DNA of 50,988 bases from Escherichia phage EC167, in the sequence record ON185587.1; one strand, written 5' to 3'. Below, one piece after another: positions 1 to 9,941 of the stretch. The position numbers were made by a program, and so were the translations under genes. Under the pieces are notes generated by a model, which was not told the origin of the DNA, did not search any database, and was given only the letters and a program-made list of their open reading frames with translations. Position 1 is the stretch's first letter, and the number at the start of each line of letters is the position of its first letter.

Positions 1-528
1 ATGGCTAAAAACGTTGAGCCTGCTGTAAAGGCATTAAATTTCAAAGAGTTATATAATAAAACCTATGGCGATATTGTTACGCTAAACAACCGCCACAAGT
101 ACACGCCGGAACAGGTTTTTGATATGGCGATCCGCTATTTCACTTGGGCCGAAGAGAATCACATTCAGGCGGCTGAAACTGCTTCCTTTCAGGGTGACGT
201 GTACGAGAGCAGAGTTTACAAGCCTCGCGTTTTCACGGTTAACGGATTCAGCTTGTATCTCGGCGTGACTGAGGCCGCCGTAAGCAAATGGCGTAAAGAG
301 CCTGGATTCTGCGATGTGATGGAGTTTGTTGATAAAGTAATTTACGAGCAAAAATTCCAGCTTGCGGCAAATAACATGATTAATGCTGGATTTATCGGTA
401 AAGAGATCGGAGTAGAGAAGCCAGCAACAGTGAGCGTCGAAGCGAGCGCGGCAGCTAATGCAAGCATTGACGCAGTAACTGTCGATGAGGTGAAAGAGGC
501 TGTTATTGATATTCTGGAGCAACTTTAA
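1..528 (+). CDS. terS: terminase small subunit
   Basis: 175 aa ORF directly upstream of and overlapping (ATGA) the large terminase; helix-turn-helix-like segment (GFSLYLGVTEAAVSKWRK); RBS and promoter for it lie at the window end (circular genome). Confidence 0.7.
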   Translation: MAKNVEPAVKALNFKELYNKTYGDIVTLNNRHKYTPEQVFDMAIRYFTWAEENHIQAAETASFQGDVYESRVYKPRVFTVNGFSLYLGVTEAAVSKWRKEPGFCDVMEFVDKVIYEQKFQLAANNMINAGFIGKEIGVEKPATVSVEASAAANASIDAVTVDEVKEAVIDILEQL

Positions 529-2096
529 TGATCATATGGGAAGATTTGACGGCGGCGCAAAAGCGAGCCATTAAAGAAATCAGCGAGCATTCATTCGAAA
601 AGATGATCAGAATCTGGTTCCAATTGTTGCAGGGGCAAAAATTCCAGAGCAACTGGCATTTTAGCTTATTGTGCAGTGAGGTAGAGAAGATCATCAATGG
701 AGAGTCGCAGAATGTGATTTTCAACATTACGCCAGGTAGCGGTAAGACTGAGATTTTCTCGATCCACATGTCACCATACGCGTCATTGAAAAGCCGGAAG
801 GTGAGAAACCTTAACCTTTCGTTTAGTGATGGCCTTGTCCAGCAAAACAGCAACCGGATAAAGGAGATTATTGGTTCTCCTGAGTGGCAAGAGCTATGGC
901 CTGGAAAACTGGCAAAGGCGAGCGCTAAAGATCTGATAGTCACCGAAGGCGGAAAGGTTAAATTGCAAGTTAACTCACGTTCTATTGGCGGACAGGTAAC
1001 AGGTTTGCGTGGCGGCTATATGGACGATGGTTTTACTGGTATGCTTGTTCTTGACGATCCAGACAAGCCGGATGACATGCTTTCTAAGGTCAAGCGTGAG
1101 GCTATCCACATGCGGTTAAAAAACACGGTGCGATCGCGTCGAATGAAAGACACCACGCCGATTGTTATGGTGCAACAGCGACTACACGTTAATGATTCCA
1201 CCTGGTTTATGCTTAATGGCGGGATGGGTGGTATTGAGTTTAAAGTTGTGAGTATTCCGGCGCTGGTTACGAAAGAATACCGCGAAACGCTTCCTGATTG
1301 GTTGAAGCCTGAATTTGATCGTGATGTTCTGTCAAGTAAGCCAGTGATGATAGATGGCGTCGCTCATTATTCATTTTGGCCTGCGAAGGAAAGCGCGGAG
1401 GAGTTGCTTGCATTGCGCAATGCAGATCCTTACACGTTCGCCAGCCAATACCAACAGCAACCCATCGCGCTTGGCGGGAACGTGTTTAAAACAGAGTGGT
1501 TCCAGTATTACGGCAGCGGCGAAAAGTGCGCACTACCAAAACCGGATCGCTTTGAATACACATTTATTACTGGAGATACCGCGCAGAAGGCCGGAGAGCT
1601 TAACGACTATTCGGTTTTTTGTTATTGGGGGATGTATAAGAATCGCGTTTACTTCATTGATGGCATTCGCGGAAAGTGGGAAGCGCCTGATCTTGAATTA
1701 AATTTTATTGCCTTCGTTAACCAGTGTTGGAAGCGCAATAAAGAGTGTGGCAGCTTGCGACGTATCCACATTGAGGATAAGGCCAGCGGCACGGGCTTGA
1801 TTCAGGGGGCCAAAAAGAAGATACCGATTGATATAAATCCCGTTCAGCGAAGCAACGACAAGGTAACGCGAGCAATGGACGCCGCTCCAGTAATGAGGGC
1901 CGGACGTGTGGCACTGCCAGAAAATCACCCAATGCTGCCTGAGATACTGGCAGAGGTTGCAGCATTCACTTTTGATGATTCTCATCCCCATGATGATATT
2001 GTCGATAATATAGTTGATGCTGTTAACGTCGAAATGAACTTGGCAGATGATCCGGTGGCAAGGATGAAAAAGCTGGCAGGTCTACGCAATAAATAG
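528..2096 (+). CDS. terL: terminase large subunit (ATPase + nuclease)
   Basis: 522 aa; P-loop-like TPGSGKTE, Walker B-like LVLDDPD, acidic C-terminal nuclease-like region; position before portal. Confidence 0.85.
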   Translation: MIIWEDLTAAQKRAIKEISEHSFEKMIRIWFQLLQGQKFQSNWHFSLLCSEVEKIINGESQNVIFNITPGSGKTEIFSIHMSPYASLKSRKVRNLNLSFSDGLVQQNSNRIKEIIGSPEWQELWPGKLAKASAKDLIVTEGGKVKLQVNSRSIGGQVTGLRGGYMDDGFTGMLVLDDPDKPDDMLSKVKREAIHMRLKNTVRSRRMKDTTPIVMVQQRLHVNDSTWFMLNGGMGGIEFKVVSIPALVTKEYRETLPDWLKPEFDRDVLSSKPVMIDGVAHYSFWPAKESAEELLALRNADPYTFASQYQQQPIALGGNVFKTEWFQYYGSGEKCALPKPDRFEYTFITGDTAQKAGELNDYSVFCYWGMYKNRVYFIDGIRGKWEAPDLELNFIAFVNQCWKRNKECGSLRRIHIEDKASGTGLIQGAKKKIPIDINPVQRSNDKVTRAMDAAPVMRAGRVALPENHPMLPEILAEVAAFTFDDSHPHDDIVDNIVDAVNVEMNLADDPVARMKKLAGLRNK

Positions 2097-2112
2097 CACT
2101 AATTGCTAAAAA
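2092..2112 (+). promoter_or_regulatory. conserved intergenic motif, variant (AATAGCACTAATTGCTAAAAA), followed by TATATAAT
   Basis: Member of the 18-copy motif family; TAG stop of terL lies inside the motif. Confidence 0.4.
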
Positions 2113-2124
2113 GTTATATAATCA

Positions 2125-2150
2125 AGGCTGGATTTTTCCAGCCTTTTTTA
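2125..2150 (+). terminator. hairpin + U-tract immediately upstream of portal RBS
   Basis: AGGCTGGA-TTTT-TCCAGCCT followed by TTTTTTATT. Confidence 0.55.
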
Positions 2151-2166
2151 TTATGGAGATTTGACG

Positions 2167-3459
2167 ATGAGTGAAAAAACAAGGCTAGTTAAGGCCGATG
2201 GATACAACGAGATTTTCAAGGGTAGCAATGGCAATGGGCGTGTGGAGTTGCCTTTCTTTATGCAAGGGTTCGAATACACCACGCACGCTGATTTTTACAT
2301 TCGCGACGGCCTAGCAAAACGAATTATCGACGTTGTTCCAGAAGAAATGGTGACACCTGGATTTAATATTGATGGCGTGGAAGATGAGGAGAGTTTTAGA
2401 TCTTTGTGGGATGAGAAGCGACTAAACGATAAAATCATTGATGCGCTTTGCTGGTCGCGTCTTTTTGGTGGCGCTGCAATCGTGGCAATCGTTCAGGATG
2501 GCAGGGCATTAAAGTCACCTGTAGCGCCTGGTGCAATCCTTGAAGATGTTCGCGTTTACGATCGCTTTCAGGTTCGCGTAGAAAAGCGCGAAACTAATCC
2601 ACGTAAGGTGCGATATGGTGAGCCATTAATTTACACCATTTCACCTGGTGCGGACTTGCCAGAATATCAGGTTCACTATTCGCGAGTCTGTATTATCGAC
2701 GGTGAGCGGCTACCAAATCAGCGACGTCAGTCAAATGATGGTTGGGGTGAGTCAATCCTGAATAAGCGATTGGTTGAGGCTATTTGTGATTACAACTACT
2801 GCGAAAACTTAGCAACTCAATTGTTGCGACGTAAGCAACAGGCAGTATGGAAAGCTAAAGGACTTGCCGATCTTTGTGATGATGATGATGGTGTTAACGC
2901 CGCACGTTTGCGCCTTGCTCAAGTTGATGATGAGGGTGGCGTAGGCCGCGCGATCGGCATTGATGCGGAAGATGAGGAATATGATGTTTTAAATTCTGAT
3001 ATTTCCGGCGTCGATTCATTCCTGGAAAAGAAGATGGATCGCATTGTATCTCTTTCCGGCATCCATGAAATCATCCTCAAAAACAAGAACGTTGGCGGTG
3101 TTAGCGCGAGCCAAAACACGGCGCTTGAAACCTTCTACAAGCTGATCGATCGAAAGCGAAAGGAAGAATACAAACCAATCCTTGAATTTCTGATCCCGTT
3201 CCTGATTCAAGAGGAAGAATGGAGTATTCACTTTGCGCCGTTAAGCGTTCCCAGCGAAAAGGACCAGGCCGAGATCTTGAACAAGAATATTGATTCTTTG
3301 AGCAAGGCTATTGACGGTCAATTCATGGATACAGAGGAGGCGCGCGACACATTGCGAGCCATTGCGCCTAACGTTAAACTAAAGGACGGCAATAACATTA
3401 AATTACCTGAGCAGGACGTAGAGCTGGAGCCAGGAACAACCGAGGGTAGCAATCAATGA
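2167..3459 (+). CDS. portal protein
   Basis: ~430 aa ORF after terL with GGAG RBS; ORF-track start 2161 is a TTG, ATG at 2167 preferred; acidic C-terminus typical of portals. Confidence 0.75.
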   Translation: MSEKTRLVKADGYNEIFKGSNGNGRVELPFFMQGFEYTTHADFYIRDGLAKRIIDVVPEEMVTPGFNIDGVEDEESFRSLWDEKRLNDKIIDALCWSRLFGGAAIVAIVQDGRALKSPVAPGAILEDVRVYDRFQVRVEKRETNPRKVRYGEPLIYTISPGADLPEYQVHYSRVCIIDGERLPNQRRQSNDGWGESILNKRLVEAICDYNYCENLATQLLRRKQQAVWKAKGLADLCDDDDGVNAARLRLAQVDDEGGVGRAIGIDAEDEEYDVLNSDISGVDSFLEKKMDRIVSLSGIHEIILKNKNVGGVSASQNTALETFYKLIDRKRKEEYKPILEFLIPFLIQEEEWSIHFAPLSVPSEKDQAEILNKNIDSLSKAIDGQFMDTEEARDTLRAIAPNVKLKDGNNIKLPEQDVELEPGTTEGSNQ

Positions 3460-4211
3460 TAGTGAAAGGCGTCGTTAAACAATGGCGCTTTCCTGAAGCA
3501 AGCGAGCGGCAATTGCGCCGCTCAATTCAGGAGGCGATAAGGGATCTTGTTGTGCTGATGCGCAGCAAAACAAAGGAAATGAAATTTGACGCGGACACCG
3601 AAGAAATCAACGCCGCAGAGGATGAGATTAGTAGCTTCGCGTTAAAGCTAATAGCTGGCATCGCCGCATCACTTCCGGTTATCGGCCTTGCTGTTTATAA
3701 ATTCAACGCAAAGCAATTTATTAACGTAGCGAAATCAACGGGAGGCAAGTCAAATTCCGCCGTTATCATCCTTATGGCTATTGGGGCCAATGCGAATGAG
3801 AGTTGGTATAGGACGCTATACGGTCAATGGCATGACATGACGATCGCATCTCTTCAAAAACTATTTGTAAACATTGTGTCTGACTGGTCAACCAATATCA
3901 GATCGGCAAACTTTCGCGGAATGAGAGATAGTCAGGTTAATGAATTGGCTGGTAAGAGGTTCGCAGTTTATAGCTCTTGGGGTAAGACAAGGGCTGAAAA
4001 CATCATAGGCGCTTGGAATAGTAGACTCATGCGCCAGCGTCTTTATGATGCAAAAGTAGCTCATTATTTTTGGCATGGTATGCTTGATGACAGAGAGCGA
4101 TTACAGCATGTACAATGGGAAGGTAAGCGAATTGCGCTAGATTCTGAACATGATTTTCCTGGTGAGCCTTTCGGTTGTCGTTGTTGGGCTATACCAGATT
4201 GGAACAGTTAA
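3456..4211 (+). CDS. head morphogenesis protein (Mu F / SPP1 gp7-like)
   Basis: 251 aa; overlaps portal stop (ATGA); C-terminal H/G/R/C-rich region typical of F-like minor head proteins; position. Confidence 0.6.
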   Translation: MIVKGVVKQWRFPEASERQLRRSIQEAIRDLVVLMRSKTKEMKFDADTEEINAAEDEISSFALKLIAGIAASLPVIGLAVYKFNAKQFINVAKSTGGKSNSAVIILMAIGANANESWYRTLYGQWHDMTIASLQKLFVNIVSDWSTNIRSANFRGMRDSQVNELAGKRFAVYSSWGKTRAENIIGAWNSRLMRQRLYDAKVAHYFWHGMLDDRERLQHVQWEGKRIALDSEHDFPGEPFGCRCWAIPDWNS

Positions 4212-4221
4212 GAGGTATTAA

Positions 4222-5337
4222 ATGAAAGCAAAACAAAGATTTGATAGCGCCAAAGTAAAGGCGCACTTTGATGATAACGGGTTTTTAGTTGATCGCCCTA
4301 TCGTGGCGCGAATTGGTTTACAAGTCTATCAGACCCCTTTCGGTGAGCGCAGAGAGTTTCGTCCTGCGTCCGAAGTATTCAAGGCCGACTCACTCGCCAC
4401 CTTCGCAGGGAAGCCAGTCACGGTTGGTCACGTTACGGTAACTCCAGAAAACGCCGAAAAGGTTGTGGTTGGTTCTTGTGCTGGTGCTGGTGTGCCGAAC
4501 GGGATCGGCGTAGAGGTTCCGTTAAGCATTTACTCAAAACGAGCAATCGAAAGCGCGAAGAAGCGAGACACGGCGGAGATTTCAGTTGGTTATACATCGG
4601 TTGATATTGATAAACCAGGTTGGGGCAATAATAAAACTGGTGAGTACGTTTTCGATGAGGATGTTAGCGAAGACTGGAAACCTGATTCTCCTGATTGGGT
4701 TAAGTTTGATGCAATCCAGACTGAAATCAAGGTAAACCACATCGCGTTAGTTTTCCGAGGTCGCGCGGGTATTGCAAAATTAAACCTTGATAGCCAGCAA
4801 GATTTTCCGTATAGTGACGACGTTATTAACAACAAAGAGGATCAAATCATGACTGTAAAAATTAAACTTGATGGCGCTGTAGAGTTTGACGTGCCGAAAG
4901 CAGTTGCGGATCACATTGAATCACTGAAAGCTGATGCCAAAGCACAGAAAGAAAAGGCGGACGGTCTGGAAGCTGAGCGAGATGCACTGCAAACCAAAGT
5001 AGATGGCATTCAGGATCAGATTGATGCCGCAGTCAAGAAAGCAAAAGGAGATGCCGCGCAACATGCTCAATTAGTAGCAGACGCTAAAGAGTTAGGAATC
5101 AAGTGCGACGGCCTGGATGCGAAAGCAATCAAGGTTGCATACATCAAAGAAGTTATGGGCAATGACGTTTCCGATAAAACTGATGCCTATATCGAAACAG
5201 CTTTCGACATCGCCAAAAACTCTGATAAAATGGCGGCACAGCGTAAGAGCATTAAAGGTGACTCTTTCGCTAATGAAAAACAGGATGACGCAGGTTCTAA
5301 GCTGAATCCCAACGCTCGTTTTGAGAAACTGAAATAA
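4222..5337 (+). CDS. scaffolding / prohead maturation protein (coiled-coil C-terminus)
   Basis: 371 aa; long Ala/Lys/Asp/Gln-rich coiled-coil C-terminal half; located between F-like protein and capsid genes. Confidence 0.5.
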   Translation: MKAKQRFDSAKVKAHFDDNGFLVDRPIVARIGLQVYQTPFGERREFRPASEVFKADSLATFAGKPVTVGHVTVTPENAEKVVVGSCAGAGVPNGIGVEVPLSIYSKRAIESAKKRDTAEISVGYTSVDIDKPGWGNNKTGEYVFDEDVSEDWKPDSPDWVKFDAIQTEIKVNHIALVFRGRAGIAKLNLDSQQDFPYSDDVINNKEDQIMTVKIKLDGAVEFDVPKAVADHIESLKADAKAQKEKADGLEAERDALQTKVDGIQDQIDAAVKKAKGDAAQHAQLVADAKELGIKCDGLDAKAIKVAYIKEVMGNDVSDKTDAYIETAFDIAKNSDKMAAQRKSIKGDSFANEKQDDAGSKLNPNARFEKLK

Positions 5338-5349
5338 GGAGTAATTAAA

Positions 5350-5829
5350 ATGGCTAAAATTGGAGCAAGTTATTTTGACACTATGGCGATCGCACTACCT
5401 GGCATGGTTGCTGACACTTCTAAATACAACATTGACGGCGCTTGCGTCGTTAGTGAAGGTGGAGAAATTCTTGTTGGTACTGCCGTGCAGGTTGTCGCAG
5501 TGCAAGCGGTTGAAGGTCATAAACTTATTAAGCGCATGGAAACAGGAAAATACCCTTACGGTGTGGCAATTCGTTCTCACTGGCAAACTGTTAACTCTCA
5601 AGGAAAGATGGTTTATGAAGAAGGAAGCGCAATCAACGTAATGACATCTGGCAGAGTTTGGATTCTTTCAAAGTCAAGCGCAGCACCAGTCTTCGGAACT
5701 GCCGTTAAACTTGATGTTGATGGTCATGAAAAATCAGACGGCACAATCACTACTAACTGGACCTACGCTGGCGGATTTGTCAAATATAAAGATATTAATC
5801 TTGTAGAAGTTCAGTTGCAGCAACTGTAA
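5350..5829 (+). CDS. capsid-associated / head decoration-like protein
   Basis: 159 aa; strong RBS AAGGAG; N-terminal domain shared with next gene (DTSKYNIDG..PYG.A.RS). Confidence 0.5.
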   Translation: MAKIGASYFDTMAIALPGMVADTSKYNIDGACVVSEGGEILVGTAVQVVAVQAVEGHKLIKRMETGKYPYGVAIRSHWQTVNSQGKMVYEEGSAINVMTSGRVWILSKSSAAPVFGTAVKLDVDGHEKSDGTITTNWTYAGGFVKYKDINLVEVQLQQL

Positions 5830-5844
5830 TTAGAGTTTAATATT

Positions 5845-5875
5845 GGGACCATCCTTTTGGATGGTCCTTTTTTTA
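5845..5875 (+). terminator. intrinsic terminator-like hairpin
   Basis: GGACCATCC-TTTT-GGATGGTCC followed by TTTTTTT. Confidence 0.6.
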
Positions 5876-5888
5876 TGGAGAAATTATT

Positions 5889-6902
5889 ATGGCTTATGAA
5901 AATTTAATGTTGCACGATGCATGTCCTGGCAATCTCTCTGATACTTCAACCTATAACATTGATGGCGATTGTGTTGCTCAAGGTGATATTGAGTTTGGAT
6001 CAGCGGTTCGGGTTGTCGGAATAGTTGATGGAATGAGGGTTGTGACGGCGCTTTCTGATGGTGAAACTCCTTACGGCATCGCTTTTCGTTCCCAATATGA
6101 GCACCTGAGCGGTAAAATTCTCGACGGAGAGGTGTGTAACGTCGTTTCTCACGGTCGGGTGTGGGCGCTTACTTCTCTTAGTGAAGCCCCGAAATCATTC
6201 TCAAAACTAAAAATCGGTGTTGGAGGAGTAGTAACTGGCGTAGATGATTATGTTGGCTGGACATTTGCTGGTGGCTTTGTTAAGCACGAAGACGGTCACA
6301 TTATTGAGGTTCAGGTGAAGCAAAATGCTCTAATCGTTCCACCCCCTCCGCCTCCTGTGGTGCTGGTAGAGTCTGCAACAATTAACACTGACAAGGAGAG
6401 TCCGCAGCCAAACAATGCTCCTGTAAAATGCAGTATCACAGTAGAGCCTGGCAACGCCACCGATAAAACTGGTGTTTGGTCTGTTGATGCTGTAAACATT
6501 GCGACTATTGATGCCGATACCGGTATTCTAACTCCTGTTGGTGGTGATGCATTCGGTAGTGTAAACGTAAATTGGACGGCTAACGATGCAAGCAAGACTA
6601 AGGCCACGATTGTTTATCAATTCGAAAAAGCTGTTGTTAGCGTCGCTAGTGCAACCGTAAGCCTTGAGAAAAATTCTGCAATTGTTGGTGAAACCGTTCA
6701 GGCGAGCGTTGTCGTTGCTCCAGAAGATGCTACCAATAAATCCGGATCTTGGTCGTTGTCAAATGGTGATTTTGCATCCGCAGATCCTAGCACTGGACTG
6801 GTAACTACCAGTGCCGCTGGCGAAGTTGATGTTATCTGGACAGCTGCGGATGGTTCTGGCGTTAAAGGTCAGCAAAGACTAACAATTACCGATCCTGAAT
6901 AA
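5889..6902 (+). CDS. capsid decoration-like protein with C-terminal Ig-like (Big_2-type) domains
   Basis: 337 aa; N-terminal paralogue of the 5350 gene, poly-Pro linker (PPPPPPVV), then repeated Ig-like segments. Confidence 0.55.
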   Translation: MAYENLMLHDACPGNLSDTSTYNIDGDCVAQGDIEFGSAVRVVGIVDGMRVVTALSDGETPYGIAFRSQYEHLSGKILDGEVCNVVSHGRVWALTSLSEAPKSFSKLKIGVGGVVTGVDDYVGWTFAGGFVKHEDGHIIEVQVKQNALIVPPPPPPVVLVESATINTDKESPQPNNAPVKCSITVEPGNATDKTGVWSVDAVNIATIDADTGILTPVGGDAFGSVNVNWTANDASKTKATIVYQFEKAVVSVASATVSLEKNSAIVGETVQASVVVAPEDATNKSGSWSLSNGDFASADPSTGLVTTSAAGEVDVIWTAADGSGVKGQQRLTITDPE

Positions 6903-6919
6903 CATAAAAACGCTTTGAC

Positions 6920-6940
6920 GCTTTAACAAAAAGTGCTATC
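6920..6940 (-). promoter_or_regulatory. conserved intergenic motif, inverted relative to downstream capsid gene
   Basis: Plus strand reads GCTTTAACAAAAAGTGCTATC; also reads as TTGACG-16-TATCAT on the plus strand. Confidence 0.4.
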
Positions 6941-6944
6941 ATCT

Positions 6945-6970
6945 AGGCTGTTACATTTAACAGCCTTTTA
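6945..6970 (+). terminator. hairpin + short U-tract immediately upstream of major capsid RBS
   Basis: AGGCTGTT-ACATTT-AACAGCCT then TTT. Confidence 0.45.
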
Positions 6971-6983
6971 TGGAGGAAACAAA

Positions 6984-7955
6984 ATGGCTAAAAAATACGA
7001 TGAATTAGATGCTACTATTGTAGCAAATCATTTGCAGATTCAGGGTGTTAAGTCCGACGCTTCTGATATGGGTATTTGGACCGCTCAAGAGCTACACAAG
7101 ATCCGCTCTAACGCATACGAGAAAGAGTATCCGGCAGGTTCCGCGCTTCGCGTATTCCCTGTAACAAACGAGCTTTCTGATACTGACAAGACTTTCGAAT
7201 ATCAGACTTTTGATAAGGTTGGCTACGCGAAAATTATCGCCGACTACACCGATGATCTGCCTACTGTTGACGCGTTGATGACTTCTGAGTTTGGCAAAGT
7301 GTTCCGCTTGGGTAACGCTTACCTGATCTCCATTGATGAGATTAAAGCAGGTCAGCGAACTGGCAAGAGCCTGTCAACTCGCAAGGCTAACGCTGCGCAA
7401 AATGCGCATGATCAGTTGATTAACTTCCTGGTGTTCAAAGGTTCCAAGCCTCATAAGATCGTTTCCGTTTTCGATCATCCTAACCTTACGAAAATTGCAT
7501 CCAAAGGCTGGATGAGCAATGACGGCAATACCAAGTTCCCGCAGGTAGCAAGCGATGAACTGGAGGCCGCAATCGAAACGATCGAGGAAGTAACAAAAGG
7601 CCAGCACCGCGCGACTAACATCCTGATCCCGCCGTCCATGCGCAAAGTCCTGACGGTTAGAATGGAAAATACCACTGAAAGTTATCTGGAATACTTCCAG
7701 AAGCAAAACGGCGGTATCACTATCGACTCTATCGCAGAGCTTGAGGATATTGACGGCAAAGGTACGAAAGGTTGCTTGGTTTACGAAAAAGATCCAATGA
7801 ACATGAGCATTGAGATTCCAGAAGCGTTTAATATGCTTCCAGCGCAGCCAAAAGATCTTCATTTCAAGGTTCCTTGCACTTCCAAGTGTACTGGCCTTAC
7901 GATTTATCGTCCGTTTACGATGGTGCTCATTACCGGCTTGAAAAAAGCTGAGTAA
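6984..7955 (+). CDS. major capsid protein
   Basis: 323 aa; RBS GGAGGAAACAAA before ATG at 6984 (ORF-track start 6933 is upstream extension); flanked by terminators, consistent with a highly expressed structural gene. Confidence 0.65.
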   Translation: MAKKYDELDATIVANHLQIQGVKSDASDMGIWTAQELHKIRSNAYEKEYPAGSALRVFPVTNELSDTDKTFEYQTFDKVGYAKIIADYTDDLPTVDALMTSEFGKVFRLGNAYLISIDEIKAGQRTGKSLSTRKANAAQNAHDQLINFLVFKGSKPHKIVSVFDHPNLTKIASKGWMSNDGNTKFPQVASDELEAAIETIEEVTKGQHRATNILIPPSMRKVLTVRMENTTESYLEYFQKQNGGITIDSIAELEDIDGKGTKGCLVYEKDPMNMSIEIPEAFNMLPAQPKDLHFKVPCTSKCTGLTIYRPFTMVLITGLKKAE

Positions 7956-7964
7956 TTAGATAAC

Positions 7965-7995
7965 ATGGGGAGCCTTAATGGTTCCCCTTTTTTAT
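7965..7995 (+). terminator. intrinsic terminator after capsid gene
   Basis: GGGGAGCC-TTAAT-GGTTCCCC followed by TTTTTTATTT. Confidence 0.6.
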
Positions 7996-8011
7996 TTATG
8001 GAGTGCATAAA

Positions 8012-8278
8012 ATGAGCAAAAATTTAAAACTTAAAGTAACTGGCGTTTGCATGATTATTATGGACGGTAAGCGTTATCATCCTGGTGATGAAATTGAAAT
8101 TGAATCCGATCGCATTAATGACTCCGCAATTGAATACCTGATCGCTCGCGGTGATGTGGAAGTTAAAGACAATTCCGAAATTAACGAGCAAATCAAGGCG
8201 AAGGCGGAGAAGAAGCGCAAAAAAGATCCTACCGAGGGTAAGAGCCGCAAAGAGCTAGAGGACGGCGGCGAATATTAA
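8012..8278 (+). CDS. hypothetical small protein, head module
   Basis: 88 aa from ATG 8012 (GGAG RBS); Lys/Glu-rich C-terminus. Confidence 0.45.
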   Translation: MSKNLKLKVTGVCMIIMDGKRYHPGDEIEIESDRINDSAIEYLIARGDVEVKDNSEINEQIKAKAEKKRKKDPTEGKSRKELEDGGEY

Positions 8279-8324
8279 TAATTGGGGCGCTTATGCGCCC
8301 TTTGTCACATCTGGAGAAAACAAA

Positions 8325-8744
8325 ATGGTAGATGAATTTTACACAGACGCTGAAATCATGCAGCAAATCGTAAAGTTAGCGCCGCCAATGCAACAAGTTG
8401 ATCCCGATTTAATTGTTGCATGGATTGATCTTGCTAAAGAGTTTGTTTGCAAAAAGCGGTTTAAAAACTCATACCCGAAAGCGGTTGCGCTTTACACTCT
8501 TCACCTTATGACCTTAGACGGGGCAATGAAACAGGAAGGTGAAAGCGTAGAAAGCTATTCCCGCCGCGTCGCCTCGTTCACTCTGACTGGTGAGTTTAGT
8601 CAGACGTTTGATCGAATCTCTTCCGATACAAGAGGAAAGCAGATCCGTCAAACGCCGTGGGGCAAAATGTACGAAGTATTAAACCGTAAGCACGGTGGCG
8701 GCTTTGGCCTTGCAACTGGATTGCGCAGGAGATGTTGCCGATGA
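8325..8744 (+). CDS. head-tail connector / adaptor protein
   Basis: 139 aa, RBS, position after capsid gene. Confidence 0.45.
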   Translation: MVDEFYTDAEIMQQIVKLAPPMQQVDPDLIVAWIDLAKEFVCKKRFKNSYPKAVALYTLHLMTLDGAMKQEGESVESYSRRVASFTLTGEFSQTFDRISSDTRGKQIRQTPWGKMYEVLNRKHGGGFGLATGLRRRCCR

Positions 8745-9112
8745 ATTACAATGAGATTGCAAGAATGGCTACGGCTGGGATTAACTTTTTCAGCGACGCT
8801 AACGGTATGTTTAAGTGCATCACGCAGCAGGGCGGAGTTGAGATTATCGGAGGAGAGGAAGTTACCAAGCCGGAGATTTCAGTGATGATAAAGGGGCTTG
8901 TTAGATCTCCGAGGACTAGAGAGGTTGACGGTGAAACAATCCGAGTAACCGACAAGTTGGGGATATTCACCAATGAAACTGAGATCAAAAATGGTTATCA
9001 GATTGAAATTGATGGCCAACGTTATGTTGTCGTTGAAGCAAGACCAGTCAGGCAGACTAACATCACGGCAGCTTATCGTCCGATATTAAGGAGGATTGCT
9101 GTGCATGGCTAA
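8732..9112 (+). CDS. head-tail joining protein
   Basis: 126 aa, overlaps upstream gene, AGGAG RBS. Confidence 0.45.
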   Translation: MLPMNYNEIARMATAGINFFSDANGMFKCITQQGGVEIIGGEEVTKPEISVMIKGLVRSPRTREVDGETIRVTDKLGIFTNETEIKNGYQIEIDGQRYVVVEARPVRQTNITAAYRPILRRIAVHG

Positions 9113-9548
9113 AAACTACACGATAAGGGAATTTCACGGCAACATTGATGCGTGGATAAACGCCGTTGATAGTGGACTAAAAGATTGCGTGGAATTGTTC
9201 GCCGAAAAAGTACACACAGATTTGGTTAAGCGTTCTCCGGTAGATACTGGTCGTTACCGTGGAAACTGGCAGGTAACAGCAAATAAGCCGCCATTGTATG
9301 CGCTTAATCAGTACGATAAGCACGGAGACAAAACGATCGCGGAAGGCAAGCGCGCCATATACGCGATTTTACGAGGTGGCGGCGCAGTAAGAGCCATTTA
9401 TTTTTCTAACATGCTTATTTATGCTAACGCGCTTGAGTACGGTCATTCAAAACAAGCGCCAGCGGGTGTGCTTGGGATTGTAGCGGTTAAGTTGAGATCT
9501 TATATGGCTGAAGCAATAAAAGAGTCGAGGGCTAAAAATGCACTATGA
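9105..9548 (+). CDS. tail completion / neck protein
   Basis: AAGGAGG RBS; start GTG 9101 or ATG 9105. Confidence 0.45.
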   Translation: MAKNYTIREFHGNIDAWINAVDSGLKDCVELFAEKVHTDLVKRSPVDTGRYRGNWQVTANKPPLYALNQYDKHGDKTIAEGKRAIYAILRGGGAVRAIYFSNMLIYANALEYGHSKQAPAGVLGIVAVKLRSYMAEAIKESRAKNAL

Positions 9549-9936
9549 ATTAATGCTATCGGCGCGCAAGGCGCTGGCGACTGAATACGAAAGCAGATTC
9601 ATGATCGCTTATGAAAACGTAGAGTTTACGCCACCTGGTGACGGTTCGCCGTGGTTGAAGTTTGACTATGCCGAAGTTGACACAGAATACTTGTCATTGG
9701 ATCGCAAATGCGTTTCTTATATCGGAATGATTCAGGTTGGTATTGTGTTTGCACCAGGTTACGGAACTGACAGGCCGCGTGTTCTCGCTAAAGAGATTGC
9801 GCAATTCTTTTACGATGGTAAAATGTTGGAGCACGGGTATATATATGAGGGTGCAAGAGTTCACAAACCGCTCAAGAGTGAAAGCGGCTGGATTCTCCCA
9901 ATAAGGTTTTATGTTAGAATTGAAACAAAGGAGTAA
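9538..9936 (+). CDS. tail terminator-like protein
   Basis: 132 aa, overlaps upstream gene; position before major tail gene. Confidence 0.4.
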   Translation: MHYELMLSARKALATEYESRFMIAYENVEFTPPGDGSPWLKFDYAEVDTEYLSLDRKCVSYIGMIQVGIVFAPGYGTDRPRVLAKEIAQFFYDGKMLEHGYIYEGARVHKPLKSESGWILPIRFYVRIETKE

Positions 9937-9941
9937 AAATT

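Noticed and set aside
82-943. Minus-strand ORFs (82-522, 503-943) overlapping terS and terL
   Set aside because: Antisense shadow ORFs inside strongly supported plus-strand genes; no RBS or promoter context.
2260-2285. tRNA-like GGTTCGAATAC segment
   Set aside because: Lies inside the portal coding sequence with no cloverleaf-compatible flanks; no tRNA genes were found by eye anywhere in the window.
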